From an uncultured Rickettsiales bacterium (GTDB lineage: Bacteria; Pseudomonadota; Alphaproteobacteria; Rickettsiales; SXRF01), in the NCBI GenBank assembly GCA_964487265.1, contig CAZAQK010000001.1, forward strand, positions 1 to 58,377: DNA of 58,377 bases. Direction: 5' to 3'. A model generated the notes under the pieces. It saw nothing but the letters and a program-made list of their open reading frames with translations, made no database searches and was not told the DNA's origin. The position numbers and the translations under genes were made by a program. Below are positions 18,316-28,579 of this stretch, one piece after another (position 1 is the stretch's first letter; every line of letters starts with the position of its first letter).

Positions 18316-20256
18316 ATGGCGCAGGGTTCTCGATTACGAACAACGTTACTGCACGGCACCGTATTGCTTTGCGTGCCGCTATTGCTGTCACTGCCGCAAG
18401 CCGATGCTCAGGCAGCCGAAGCAGCAGGCAGCGCAGCCACTCCTGTTTATAACAGCAACATGAATGCCTACCGCGCACGGCGGATCAAATCACGTGCCGA
18501 ATCATACCAGCAGCGCAAGCAATTCCCTCCTGTTCAGGAGGACGGCACAGCCGCAGAAACTTTGCCAGAACAATCCGAAATCAAGCATGCCCAGCCGCTT
18601 AAAGTGACTATCCCGAATGTTGCGGCAGCACCTTCTGCTGATAGTCGTGGTACCCAGATCGTAACCCGCTCATCTCCTGCCTATAAACAACTTGCGAGCC
18701 CACAACAGGGCAGTTCAGAAATGCAGCCGATTAGCGAGCAGCTGTCGGAAGCAGGCCAAGCGGTGACTTCCGCCATTGGCGATGCTGGCCGCAGCCTGCT
18801 TTCTGTCGTCATGCCCTCACAACCGGCAACCGAAGTAACCGATGATGTTCCGGTGGCCCTGCCATCCACCAGCCTTGCCGCGCAGGAGATGCCAGCTGCG
18901 GTAGCAGCGGCGGAAAACCTGCCTGCACCGTCTGCACCTGAACAGGCTCAGGATAGTGCGAAGCAGCAACCCAAGGAACCTGTGCGCTATTACTCGCCTG
19001 GTATCGTTATCAAAAAAGAAATCGTACGCCTGCCCATTGATGCCGAAACGCTGGCTTCCGCAAGTCCCGAGCAGCTTGCACAACTTGCGCCTGCTGCCGG
19101 AGAATCAACGGCTGGCGTTGATGCACCGCTGATTCCTGCACCGCCACCGTCTGGCGCACCACCAGCACCCACACCACCTGCTGTGCAGCCTGCCGCCACG
19201 CCGGAACTGACACCGCTGGTTGCGCCCGCAGCCGCACCTGCACAGCCTGCCTCCCCAGCGCAGATAACCACACCACAAACACCTGAGGATATTGCCAAGG
19301 TCAAAGAACTGGTGGAAACCCTGCCGGATGAATCCGGCCAGTCGGTGCCTGATGATACGTTGCCTTCGCTGGAAGCTCCTGCAAAATCGGAATCCACGCC
19401 TGAACCCAAAACGCCCATTGCTGCGCCTGCGCCACAGCCAGCAGTAAAAGCAACTGCAAGTGCGCCCGATGCCACGCAGGAGCAACCTTCCGACCTCTCG
19501 CCTAAAAGCAAGCAGATATTGCAAAAGCTGCCAGCCATGGCAGATGAAAAACCAACAGAACCCAAAGGGGCTGAAATTGACCGAAGCAAAGAAACAACCA
19601 ATATTTTCGATGCCGAGGTGCAGGATGCCACGCATGAATCTGCAGGCGTGAAGATCGAGGTCAAGGCACCTTCGATGAATATCGAATATGAGCTGGAAAA
19701 AGCTTACAATGCACTACTCTCTGGACAAAGCACCGCTGCTATCGGGATCTATAAAGACGTGTTGCTCAATGATCCCACAAACGAGGATGCTTTGTTTGGC
19801 CTTGCCACCACTTACCATCGCGCCGGCCAGATAGAAGCCGCCCGCCCACTATATGGTAAAATCCTTGCGCAAAACCCAACCCACCGCGCCGCACTCAATA
19901 ATTTCCTGGTGATGGTTGCTGATGAAGCCCCGCAGGAAGCCCTGATGCAGCTGGAAGCACTGGAGAATAAAAGCCCGTCTTTCAGCCCTATTCCTGCCCA
20001 GATGGCTGTGATCTACCAGAAACTCGGCGACCTACCCAAGGCAACCGAGAAAATGTTCAAAGCCGTTTCCCTTGCGCCGGAAAACCTGACCTATCGCTAT
20101 AACCTGGCTATCCTCATGGATAAGCAGCGTAATTATGAAGAAGCCGTTAAACTCTATGGGCAAATAACGCAAGCCCATGCCCGCGGCGAGATTACCCCTG
20201 GAAATATTAATACAATTCAGGAAAGATTAACCTTTCTGCGCTCTAATAAACGCTGA
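18316..20256 (+). CDS. secreted Pro/Ala-rich protein with C-terminal TPR repeats
   Basis: Signal peptide, a ~170-aa P/A-rich low-complexity middle, and TPR-like repeats in the last ~200 aa (AYNALLSGQSTAAIGIYKDVL..., LFGLATTYHRAGQIEAARPLYGKIL...). It ends 33 nt upstream of pilT. Confidence 0.7.
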   Translation: MAQGSRLRTTLLHGTVLLCVPLLLSLPQADAQAAEAAGSAATPVYNSNMNAYRARRIKSRAESYQQRKQFPPVQEDGTAAETLPEQSEIKHAQPLKVTIPNVAAAPSADSRGTQIVTRSSPAYKQLASPQQGSSEMQPISEQLSEAGQAVTSAIGDAGRSLLSVVMPSQPATEVTDDVPVALPSTSLAAQEMPAAVAAAENLPAPSAPEQAQDSAKQQPKEPVRYYSPGIVIKKEIVRLPIDAETLASASPEQLAQLAPAAGESTAGVDAPLIPAPPPSGAPPAPTPPAVQPAATPELTPLVAPAAAPAQPASPAQITTPQTPEDIAKVKELVETLPDESGQSVPDDTLPSLEAPAKSESTPEPKTPIAAPAPQPAVKATASAPDATQEQPSDLSPKSKQILQKLPAMADEKPTEPKGAEIDRSKETTNIFDAEVQDATHESAGVKIEVKAPSMNIEYELEKAYNALLSGQSTAAIGIYKDVLLNDPTNEDALFGLATTYHRAGQIEAARPLYGKILAQNPTHRAALNNFLVMVADEAPQEALMQLEALENKSPSFSPIPAQMAVIYQKLGDLPKATEKMFKAVSLAPENLTYRYNLAILMDKQRNYEEAVKLYGQITQAHARGEITPGNINTIQERLTFLRSNKR

Positions 20257-20289
20257 GCAAGCTATCTTTTTTAGAGTGGGGGTAGATCG

Positions 20290-21438
20290 ATGGAAATCAC
20301 CGATCTTCTGGTGTTTACACAAAAAAACAAGGCGTCGGATTTACATCTTTCGACTAATAATCCGCCTTATCTGCGTATTTTTGGTGAGATGGTGCCCTAT
20401 AAAACTGCGCCACTTAGCACCGATGATATCAAACAGATGCTCTACTCCATCATGACCGAACAGCAGCGCGCCGATTATGAGCGCGACCTCGAAATCGATT
20501 TCGCGATATCGTTCGGACAGGACATGCGTTTCCGCGTAAACGCATTCAACACGATGAATGGTCCTGCTGCTGTTATGCGTACAATTCCAAACAACATCCA
20601 GTCGCTCGAACAGCTGAATGCGCCAGACATATTGAAAAAACTCAGCATGCTGCATAAAGGCCTTGTGCTGGTGACGGGCCCTACCGGTTCTGGTAAATCA
20701 ACAACCCTTGCGGCAATGGTGGATTTCATTAACGCTAGTGAACCTAAACACATCATCACTATTGAAGATCCTATCGAGTTCCTGCATGTATCGAAAAAAT
20801 CGCTGATCAACCAGCGCGAGGTTGGCAAGAGCACCAAATCATTCTCCCGTGCCTTAAAAAGCGCGCTGCGCGAAGACCCCGACGTGATTCTGGTGGGTGA
20901 GTTGCGCGATATAGAAACCATCCAGCTGGCACTCACCGCCGCAGAAACCGGTCACTTGGTGCTTGGCACGCTGCACACCAACTCCGCGCCCAAAACCATC
21001 GATCGTATCATCGACGTATTTCCGGCTGAAGATAAAGAAATGGTGCGTGCCATGCTTTCCGTATCGCTGGAAGGCGTTGTCACACAGGCCCTGCTCAAAC
21101 GCAAGGAAGGCGGCCGTATCGCCGTGCATGAAATCATGCTGGGTACGCCTGCCGTCAGAAACCTCATCCGCGAAGGCAAAGTGCCGCAACTTTATTCCCT
21201 CATCCAGATGGGCAGTAAACTTGGCATGTGCACCATGAAAGAATCCGTCTACAAGCTGCTGGAAGACGGCGTCATCACGGAAGCAGTTGCGCGTGCGCAA
21301 TTGGCCACCAGTGCTGACGAAGATTCCAGTGATCAGCATAGCGACACCAACACCAGTGCACAAGCTGATGCCAAACCGAAACCAGCCAAAAGAAGCGGTG
21401 GATCAGAAGGGTCCCATAGCGCATATACGGGATTCTGA
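20290..21438 (+). CDS. pilT: type IV pilus retraction ATPase PilT
   Basis: N-terminus KASDLHL, Walker A GPTGSGKST and PilT signature PAVRNLIREGK. An extra ~35-aa acidic/Ser-rich C-terminal tail. Confidence 0.92.
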   Translation: MEITDLLVFTQKNKASDLHLSTNNPPYLRIFGEMVPYKTAPLSTDDIKQMLYSIMTEQQRADYERDLEIDFAISFGQDMRFRVNAFNTMNGPAAVMRTIPNNIQSLEQLNAPDILKKLSMLHKGLVLVTGPTGSGKSTTLAAMVDFINASEPKHIITIEDPIEFLHVSKKSLINQREVGKSTKSFSRALKSALREDPDVILVGELRDIETIQLALTAAETGHLVLGTLHTNSAPKTIDRIIDVFPAEDKEMVRAMLSVSLEGVVTQALLKRKEGGRIAVHEIMLGTPAVRNLIREGKVPQLYSLIQMGSKLGMCTMKESVYKLLEDGVITEAVARAQLATSADEDSSDQHSDTNTSAQADAKPKPAKRSGGSEGSHSAYTGF

Positions 21439-21440
21439 TT

Positions 21441-22571
21441 ATGTCCATCAATCTCGACCAGCTCATCCAACACATGCTCGAGAAGGGCGCGTCAGACCTG
21501 TATCTCACCGTGGGCAAACCTGCCTGCCTGCGCATTGGCAATAACGTTGTGAATATTTCGGCTGATAAATTGACGCAGGCCGACGTGGTAAGCGCCATGC
21601 GCCTGCTGGTGAGTGCAGAAATCATTGAAGAATTCGATTCAACACTGGAATATAACACAGCCATCAACTGGCAGGATAAGGCGCGCTTCCGTGTAAACCT
21701 GTTCCGCCAGCGCCAGAATACCGGAATTGTGCTGCGCCGTATCCAGAGCTTGATTCCTTCCCTTACAGAGCTGAACCTGCCAAAAGTATATGGCGACCTG
21801 ATCATGGAACGTCGTGGCCTTATCCTGATTGTAGGCCCTACCGGCTCCGGTAAATCAACCTCGCTTGCCTCGATGCTGGAACACCGAAATATAAACGGCA
21901 GCGGCCATATCGTGACCATTGAAGACCCCATCGAATATATCATCGAGCACAAGAACTGCATCATCACCCAGCGCGATGTGGGCATTGATACCTATTCCTT
22001 CGGCATCGGCCTGAAGAATGCCCTGCGCCAGACACCCGATGTTATCGTCATCGGTGAAATCCGTGACCGTGAGACCATGGAACATGCCATCGTATTTGCA
22101 GAAACCGGCCATCTCTGCCTTGCCACGCTACACGCCAATAACTCCAACCAGGCAATTGAACGTATCATCAACTTCTTCCCGGAAGAAAAACATCCGCAGA
22201 TATTGCTCAACCTTTCGCTTAACCTGAAGTCCATATTGTCGCAACGCCTGCTTACTAATACGCAGGGATCACGCAGCATTGCCATCGAGATTCTGTTGAA
22301 CCAGGGTCTTATCCGCAACCTGATCCAGGAAGGCCGTGTACGCGAGATCAAGGATTGCATGGAGAAAAACCAGGATATCGGCATGCAGAGCTTCGACCAG
22401 GCACTGATAGAACTGTTTATCAGTGGCACTATCACCGAAGAAGTTGCACTCGCGGAATCTGATAATCCAGCCAACCTGCGCCTCGCCCTCAAGCAATATG
22501 CCATGAGCAATACGGAAGGCCCCTTCCGCACCATTCCCGGGCTTGGCATTATCAATAAGCAGCAGTTCTAA
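21441..22571 (+). CDS. pilU: PilT/PilU-family type IV pilus ATPase
   Basis: 376 aa with GASDLYLT, GPTGSGKSTS and GLIRNLIQEGR. It is the second paralogue, directly after pilT. Confidence 0.88.
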   Translation: MSINLDQLIQHMLEKGASDLYLTVGKPACLRIGNNVVNISADKLTQADVVSAMRLLVSAEIIEEFDSTLEYNTAINWQDKARFRVNLFRQRQNTGIVLRRIQSLIPSLTELNLPKVYGDLIMERRGLILIVGPTGSGKSTSLASMLEHRNINGSGHIVTIEDPIEYIIEHKNCIITQRDVGIDTYSFGIGLKNALRQTPDVIVIGEIRDRETMEHAIVFAETGHLCLATLHANNSNQAIERIINFFPEEKHPQILLNLSLNLKSILSQRLLTNTQGSRSIAIEILLNQGLIRNLIQEGRVREIKDCMEKNQDIGMQSFDQALIELFISGTITEEVALAESDNPANLRLALKQYAMSNTEGPFRTIPGLGIINKQQF

Positions 22572-24541
22572 ATCCTCTCCGGCGATATTGGGTAAACATC
22601 TGACAAGCCTTGATGTAATAAATCAAAAGCTTTCTGTTTCAGAAGGGCACGGTCATTATCAATGGTTATATTTGCCAGGCTTTCCTTGATAGTGAGCCAC
22701 CGGGCAGGCCGGTGTGTGGGTACCACGGCCAGCAACTCCTCGTAAATCGCTATTTTATCTTCCGTGCCTAATGAGGAATTATCTACCGCCTGCAGGAACG
22801 GCGTTGACAGATCATCCCGACGCGGTGCAATCCTTGCAGCGTGCAGCACGGCCGCTTTCCATGCGCTGGTTCCCACACGCAGCGGAGCAGTGGCTGTGAA
22901 ATCGCCGTCGCTTAACTGCTTTTGCAATGCAAGCTCAACGGCAATATATATTGCACTGCTACGTTCATCGTATGCCATTGTTTTCAGTGCGCCCAGCAAC
23001 TGATTTTTCCACTGGATGTCATTATCCGTTGCAAGCTTGCGTATATCACGCGCCTGCAATTGCTGTTGCAGTATAAACGCCAGCCGGTCACTGCCACGCG
23101 CTATATCTTTTTCTATCCAATCTTCAGGATAGTTCTGTGCCGGCTCGTTAAACGCGGCCTGCATCAGGTTTTTTCCATAGCGCATTGCATCATAATGGAG
23201 TGCACTGCTTACAGCCATGACAACCGTTACAACAAACATCAGCAGCAGGCACCACTGCGAAGAAAGCACTTTCCTGGGTGCTCCCCGCAGGCAGGCATGG
23301 GCAAACGCTCCATAACCCAGCGCCACATACGCCAGCTGGACCGGAAAATAAAACCACAGGAAGCTCATCACTATGACGGCACAAAGCACCGGTATCACCT
23401 GCCAGAAATATTGACGTGGCAATGTGCATATCACCGATAGTGGAAACAAAAACCATAGTACCAGACCAACCACGCCCAGCGCCAACAATGCCTCAAGAGC
23501 CTGATCATGGCTATGAAACGATGGGTTTTCATGCAGCGGCGCATACGAATCGAATATGCCGTCCTTGTATAGATGTGTACCCTTGGTCAGTGCGTAACGG
23601 AAATTATCGCTCAGGAAAATACCCCACCCCTCGCCCACCATTAACCGTAGCGGTTTATCGCTAATGGTCTGTACACCTATCTCGTGCATGGCGGCTCGAA
23701 TAGCCATGGATCCGCGCTTATCCGGAAAAAGCGAAGGCTGCAATGCCATCACATTCCATATGACTGCAATACCCAGCACAGCAAAGACAGAGGCTGCGCG
23801 CCAGCGCGTGAGCACACCAGAAAACAAGCGTGTGCTCGAGAATTCCCTGGCGATGTAACAAACCAGTAATGCCGGTAAGATCAGCAATACAGCTGCGCGC
23901 AGTTGTGATGCATATATGGCCAAAGCAACGAATACCGCCATGAAAAAAATATCGCGATAACACATGGTGCGCTTATGCAGAGCATATATGATCCATACCC
24001 ACGCCGCCATATGCGCCAGATACCCGCCAAATGTCGCCGGCAACCAGCTTGCAAACGATGTATGTTCGCCCAGTAATGCAAACATCGATACCTGCACAGC
24101 CGCAAGCCCTATACAGGCATTCACAATGATGCGGCGGGCGAACGGATTGCGCCATAACGCAAACCCCATCAGTGCCGTAAGCCAGACGGCACCATGCCAG
24201 GCAACACCGATGGCATGGGCAGGATACCCGAACCAGGAGCGCCACGCACTTTCTGCAAACGGCAACATGGCAATTTGCCAGAATACCCACGCATGCAGCC
24301 CCCACCAAAGCGGATGGCTGTAATAAACTGCCTGCAGCCGGTTTTTCCATATCCCCCATACGCACCATGCTGCCTGCAGCGCGGCAAGCATCAGGTAGGC
24401 CTGCTCTACCGGCTCAGTCTGAAGCCATAGCCCCGTACGAAACGGCGGCAATGCAAATATAAACAGGGATAGTTGTAAAACCATCAACACCACACCTGCG
24501 CCGGTAAATGCTGCGGGCGTGGCTCGACTGAGGCAAATCAT
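22568..24541 (-). CDS. O-antigen ligase / Wzy_C-family polytopic membrane protein with ~200-aa soluble C-terminal domain
   Basis: 657 aa with at least 10 TM segments. The hallmark loop-plus-helix motif FHSHDQALEALLALGVVGLVLWFLF (nt 23450-23518) matches the HxH(N/D)xxLexlxexGxxG signature of WaaL/PglL/TfpO-type enzymes. ATGA overlap with the upstream ABC gene. Confidence 0.65.
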   Translation of the reverse strand: MICLSRATPAAFTGAGVVLMVLQLSLFIFALPPFRTGLWLQTEPVEQAYLMLAALQAAWCVWGIWKNRLQAVYYSHPLWWGLHAWVFWQIAMLPFAESAWRSWFGYPAHAIGVAWHGAVWLTALMGFALWRNPFARRIIVNACIGLAAVQVSMFALLGEHTSFASWLPATFGGYLAHMAAWVWIIYALHKRTMCYRDIFFMAVFVALAIYASQLRAAVLLILPALLVCYIAREFSSTRLFSGVLTRWRAASVFAVLGIAVIWNVMALQPSLFPDKRGSMAIRAAMHEIGVQTISDKPLRLMVGEGWGIFLSDNFRYALTKGTHLYKDGIFDSYAPLHENPSFHSHDQALEALLALGVVGLVLWFLFPLSVICTLPRQYFWQVIPVLCAVIVMSFLWFYFPVQLAYVALGYGAFAHACLRGAPRKVLSSQWCLLLMFVVTVVMAVSSALHYDAMRYGKNLMQAAFNEPAQNYPEDWIEKDIARGSDRLAFILQQQLQARDIRKLATDNDIQWKNQLLGALKTMAYDERSSAIYIAVELALQKQLSDGDFTATAPLRVGTSAWKAAVLHAARIAPRRDDLSTPFLQAVDNSSLGTEDKIAIYEELLAVVPTHRPARWLTIKESLANITIDNDRALLKQKAFDLLHQGLSDVYPISPERI

Positions 24542-25278
24542 GGGTTCGCTGGAATTACAGATCCATCAATAGATTTTAAAAACGCTTTTTCGAGCGATTG
24601 CTCACCGTAGCGCGCCTTGAACGCATCAGGCTTACCGACATAGCATAGTTTGCCATTATGGATAACACCAATGCGATCGCAGATCTCATCGATATCGGAG
24701 AGGATATGCGAACTGAAGAAAATGGTGCGGCCTTTCGCCTTGGCATCCATCAGCAGGTTTTTCAGACGGATACGGGCGGATGGATCGAGACCGCTCATCG
24801 GTTCATCGAGAATAAGCAGCGGCACGTCCAGCAGCAACCCGCCAAGCAGGCCAAGTTTCTGCCCCATCCCTTTGGAATATGAACCGACGCGCGCATCCAG
24901 CACATCAGGGTTCAGATCAAGGGCAGCGGCCATACTGCGGGCCTTTTCCCTGTCCAGCTTCATGCCGTAATATGAAACTGCCAGATCAAGATATTCCATG
25001 CCCTTCAGGTAGCGCGAGGGCTGGAATTTCTCCGGCAGGTAGGAAAGTTGTTTGCGTGCATCGATATTGGTTGCCTTCAGGCCGAATATTTCGGCGTGCC
25101 CGCCATTAGCGGATGCCAGATCGAGGATGATCTTGATCAACGTGGTTTTGCCAGCTCCGTTCAGGCCAATCAGGCCAAACATCTCGCCTTCAACCAGCGA
25201 AAATTGTATCTGGCTGAGGACCGTGCGATCATTATATTTTTTATCAATATCGCAAATAGTCAGTGGGGCAGCAGTCAT
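24538..25278 (-). CDS. ABC transporter ATP-binding protein (ABC-2/NatA-like subfamily)
   Basis: 246 aa with Walker A GLNGAGKTT, signature YSKGMGQKLGL and Walker B LLILDEP. Confidence 0.9.
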   Translation of the reverse strand: MTAAPLTICDIDKKYNDRTVLSQIQFSLVEGEMFGLIGLNGAGKTTLIKIILDLASANGGHAEIFGLKATNIDARKQLSYLPEKFQPSRYLKGMEYLDLAVSYYGMKLDREKARSMAAALDLNPDVLDARVGSYSKGMGQKLGLLGGLLLDVPLLILDEPMSGLDPSARIRLKNLLMDAKAKGRTIFFSSHILSDIDEICDRIGVIHNGKLCYVGKPDAFKARYGEQSLEKAFLKSIDGSVIPANP

Positions 25279-26111
25279 TGTTTCTTCTCTTCTGTTGTAC
25301 CGTAAATAGCAACTGCTTCTGAAGCAGCAGCAGGCCCAGACGAAACGGGAGTATCCACCGGATTTTCGGCTGGCTTTTCCCCACTTGCTGATTCCGGCAC
25401 GGGTGAATCTGTAGATGAGAACACATCCTGCACGGCTTTCAGCGAATTGTCACTAACGGTTTTCGCCTGGAAATCCCTTTCTATTTCCTGGTTGTCAATC
25501 GTGACTGGCAACACTTTGCCTTCCAGGACTTTCATGACATAAGACGAGAATGTCTGGTTTGGTTTCAGCATAAATGACACAATACCGGCCGATTCATCCA
25601 CTACCGCGCCGCCATGAGCAACTTTGGCCCAGGTCTTCCTGACACGCTCCATATCCGCTGGCCGCCATTCAAGTGAGACCTGATGCTTGTCGATATTCCG
25701 TATCTTTATCTCGCTTTTTTCATGATTTGCTTCCGGCGTAATACGCTGGCCGTTTATCCAAACCGTCCAGTCCGCATCGCTGCGGAACACCAATGATTCA
25801 AGGAAAAACTGCGGATACGTAAAATAGCGCTCCTGCGAGCGCGCCTGCTTGATTTCGCCTGCCTGGTTGAGCCATTCTTCTGCATTAAAATCGGATGGCT
25901 GATCCCCGCCATCTCCACGATTGGCATAGGCAGAGAGTGCCTGGCGGATGCTTGCCACCTCATTGTCGGAATAAAAGATACTTTCAGGCTGAATTGCTTC
26001 TGCAGGAGCCGGCGGCGTATCCTGCGCTGTGGCATTAACCAGCGTGGCTGCATATGATAATGCCAGCAACATCCCATAACCCGTTATCTGCCGGCTGGCT
26101 CTACCGAACAT
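25275..26111 (-). CDS. secreted protein, possibly PilP-like
   Basis: Start at 26111 gives the signal peptide MFGRASRQITGYGMLLALSYAATLVNATA-Q. The beta-rich core LESLVFRSDADWTVWINGQRI resembles the PilP/GspC HR-domain pattern. The position after the PilO-like gene fits. Confidence 0.4.
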   Translation of the reverse strand: MFGRASRQITGYGMLLALSYAATLVNATAQDTPPAPAEAIQPESIFYSDNEVASIRQALSAYANRGDGGDQPSDFNAEEWLNQAGEIKQARSQERYFTYPQFFLESLVFRSDADWTVWINGQRITPEANHEKSEIKIRNIDKHQVSLEWRPADMERVRKTWAKVAHGGAVVDESAGIVSFMLKPNQTFSSYVMKVLEGKVLPVTIDNQEIERDFQAKTVSDNSLKAVQDVFSSTDSPVPESASGEKPAENPVDTPVSSGPAAASEAVAIYGTTEEKKQ

Positions 26112-26757
26112 TCGGTTTACCCTCCGTGCTTTCTGGTGCTTCCACTGGCTCGATGCCAAACCAGTTAAAGATCAGCTTGGCTGTGACAAGCGTGACATGC
26201 CCTTTATCGGCAATCGTTATCAGGGCTTCCTTGGAAACCTTGCTTTCACGCGTAACGGTAAGGCTTGTTACCTTGACTGCTCCTGGAAAATCTGCCTGAA
26301 GCGCATTGATGAGGTGGTAAATATCCTGATCCGTCATTGCTTCGATATTGAGGGTGACTTCATTATAGGTCATCACTGCCGATTTCTTGGCATACACGGG
26401 TGAATCTATTTTCTTTGACGCAGACATGTTGAGATCAATTTTCAACCTGAATTTGCTGCGATAATTTCTCAATATTTTTAAGATCTTTTCATCGCTCGTC
26501 AGCAATTCCTCACTGTCATTTTTGCGCTTGGCTTCTTCGTATACATCATGATTTTTCTGGATCTTGGTATATTTATCATTCAGCGATGCCATTTCATTGT
26601 TAAATTGCGTCATTGTAGTCTGTAGTGACAAATTGTCAGACTGGTATTCGTCATGCAGTGACATCAGCAAAAACAACGCACCCACGCCCAACGCAAGGCC
26701 ACCACCCATGAAGAGACTTTCAACCAGCAGGCGCTTTCTGATGATCTGATATTTCAT
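26101..26757 (-). CDS. PilO-like bitopic pilus alignment protein
   Basis: 218 aa with one TM helix (FMGGGLALGVGALFLLM), a coiled coil and a C-terminal alpha/beta domain. ATGA-type overlap with the upstream gene. Confidence 0.5.
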   Translation of the reverse strand: MKYQIIRKRLLVESLFMGGGLALGVGALFLLMSLHDEYQSDNLSLQTTMTQFNNEMASLNDKYTKIQKNHDVYEEAKRKNDSEELLTSDEKILKILRNYRSKFRLKIDLNMSASKKIDSPVYAKKSAVMTYNEVTLNIEAMTDQDIYHLINALQADFPGAVKVTSLTVTRESKVSKEALITIADKGHVTLVTAKLIFNWFGIEPVEAPESTEGKPNVR

Positions 26758-28514
26758 GGCAGAATCCCCGGTGGTGGAGGCAACAACCTTGATGGACGCA
26801 TTTCGGGTTGTGGCTGTTGGGGTTGTGCGGTAACAACGTCGCTGGGGTTAACAGGCCCTGTAAATTTAACTATCGCTTCCACCGGCCCTGATGGTTCAGG
26901 CGCAGCAGCATCCTGCTCTTCCATATCCTCAATACTGGCCTGTAATGCTGATTGCTCGGCGAAAGCGTCGGGAATATTGGAATAGGTTACAGTGTAGTTC
27001 TTAAGCCAAACCTTCATATCATCCAGTAATTTCTTGGATATGAGCTTGAAGCCTTTCTTGTCTTTAATGACATCAAGGAATTCCACCGTAATCAAGGCTT
27101 CGGATGTTGGCTTTTCAACAGCCATCAGCTTTGCTTCATTAGTTGCCTGCGTTTTGAGATCCCATGTGATCTTTTTTATCCAGACCGGTGATTCTTTAAC
27201 AGGTATCAGGGAGACAATAAACGGAATGGGAGAAGCCTTTTCCTGCTGCAACTGCATGTATAATTCCAGCAGATCGTTGGCTTTCTCGATATCAATATCC
27301 GAACGGTTGATTTCCTGGCGAAGCGTTTCTATCCGGCTGCGCTGCGACTTGATTTTATCTTCCATGTCGGCCGCATCACCCGACATCGAGAACATGTTGA
27401 ACGCAAGCACCGAAACATATCCCACAATCCCAACACCACATACCGTGGCTATCATACGCTGTGCCTTGAGCAGGCCGATATATTGGTTAACCTGCTTTGA
27501 CTGCGCCGTTGGAAGCGGCAGCACATGATTTCGGCTGCAGCCGATAGTTGCTGCCAGAATGACATCGCCGAACTGATCCGTTGGCTGGGTCGCACCTTCA
27601 ATATCCATATGCTGTGCCAGCTCATATGGCGTAAAGACATGAAGTGTAGCTGCCGGAAATTTATTTTTGTCGATTGCAGCCTTGATGCCCGATGAAGCAA
27701 CAATGTATATATCAAGGCCTTCCTGCACACTGAACGACAGCCGCTTCATGTATTCAATGGTGGAAAGCATTTCCTGTTCAATGTTCCCGGCGATCATTTC
27801 AGTGCTTGATTCACCAATTGGCTGGGCCAGACGGGTAAACACGATCCTGCCGTTGCGTAATATAACCTGCCTGAAACCACCTACTTTGTTATGGCTGACA
27901 AAAAATTTCCACTTGGTTGCGGCACGTTCCTTCGTCAGCCCGATGGCCCTGTCGATATATTTGACGATATTTTCAGACTCGACAGATACCAGCTGAATAC
28001 CGCGGAAATAATTGGGCAAATCCTCAACAAAACTGATCCATGTGGCAAGCTGCGGGTTTTTTTCGACCGCAATCATGATAAAGTTCCAGTCTTTCCGTCC
28101 TGTGGTCTCGCGCCCAAGGGTAATCGCTCCTTTGATTTCCATGGCACCAAATTCCCGATCGAGGCGGCGTTTGACCAGCTTGTTCACCGAGAGTGATGAT
28201 ACAGGAGGCAGTGTTTGCTGCAGATAGGTCTGGTCCATATTGTCCAGAACCATAAAAATCGGCGCATCCGTGTCTTTGGCTAACGTCTGGCGGAATTCAC
28301 CAATGCTCTGCAGGCTGGCATCAGGAACGAATTGCCGGCTCTGCACCGCATTGCCCTTGATATAAAGCAGGATGGCACCTTCGTCACCTATCAGCAGTAC
28401 GTATTTATTGCCTGCAGAAGGTTTGAATAATACGCCACCCGACGTGCTTTTTCCGCCTTCGCCTGATTTACGCTGCTTTATTTTTGCGATTTGTCCACCG
28501 ATTGAAAGAGCCAT
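26754..28514 (-). CDS. PilM-like (actin-fold) domain fused to PilN-like TM/coiled-coil domain
   Basis: 586 aa. The N-terminal ~350 aa have PilM-like strands (YVLLIGDEGAILLYI; FFVSHNKVGGFRQVILRNGRIVFTRLAQPIGES). These are followed by a TM helix (MIATVCGVGIVGYVSVLAFNMF), a coiled coil and an alpha/beta domain. Confidence 0.55.
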   Translation of the reverse strand: MALSIGGQIAKIKQRKSGEGGKSTSGGVLFKPSAGNKYVLLIGDEGAILLYIKGNAVQSRQFVPDASLQSIGEFRQTLAKDTDAPIFMVLDNMDQTYLQQTLPPVSSLSVNKLVKRRLDREFGAMEIKGAITLGRETTGRKDWNFIMIAVEKNPQLATWISFVEDLPNYFRGIQLVSVESENIVKYIDRAIGLTKERAATKWKFFVSHNKVGGFRQVILRNGRIVFTRLAQPIGESSTEMIAGNIEQEMLSTIEYMKRLSFSVQEGLDIYIVASSGIKAAIDKNKFPAATLHVFTPYELAQHMDIEGATQPTDQFGDVILAATIGCSRNHVLPLPTAQSKQVNQYIGLLKAQRMIATVCGVGIVGYVSVLAFNMFSMSGDAADMEDKIKSQRSRIETLRQEINRSDIDIEKANDLLELYMQLQQEKASPIPFIVSLIPVKESPVWIKKITWDLKTQATNEAKLMAVEKPTSEALITVEFLDVIKDKKGFKLISKKLLDDMKVWLKNYTVTYSNIPDAFAEQSALQASIEDMEEQDAAAPEPSGPVEAIVKFTGPVNPSDVVTAQPQQPQPEMRPSRLLPPPPGILP

Positions 28515-28579
28515 ACTGCCCTAGCATCCTAACGTACAATAATCCGCTTTGAACATAACACCAATCACCATAATAGATA

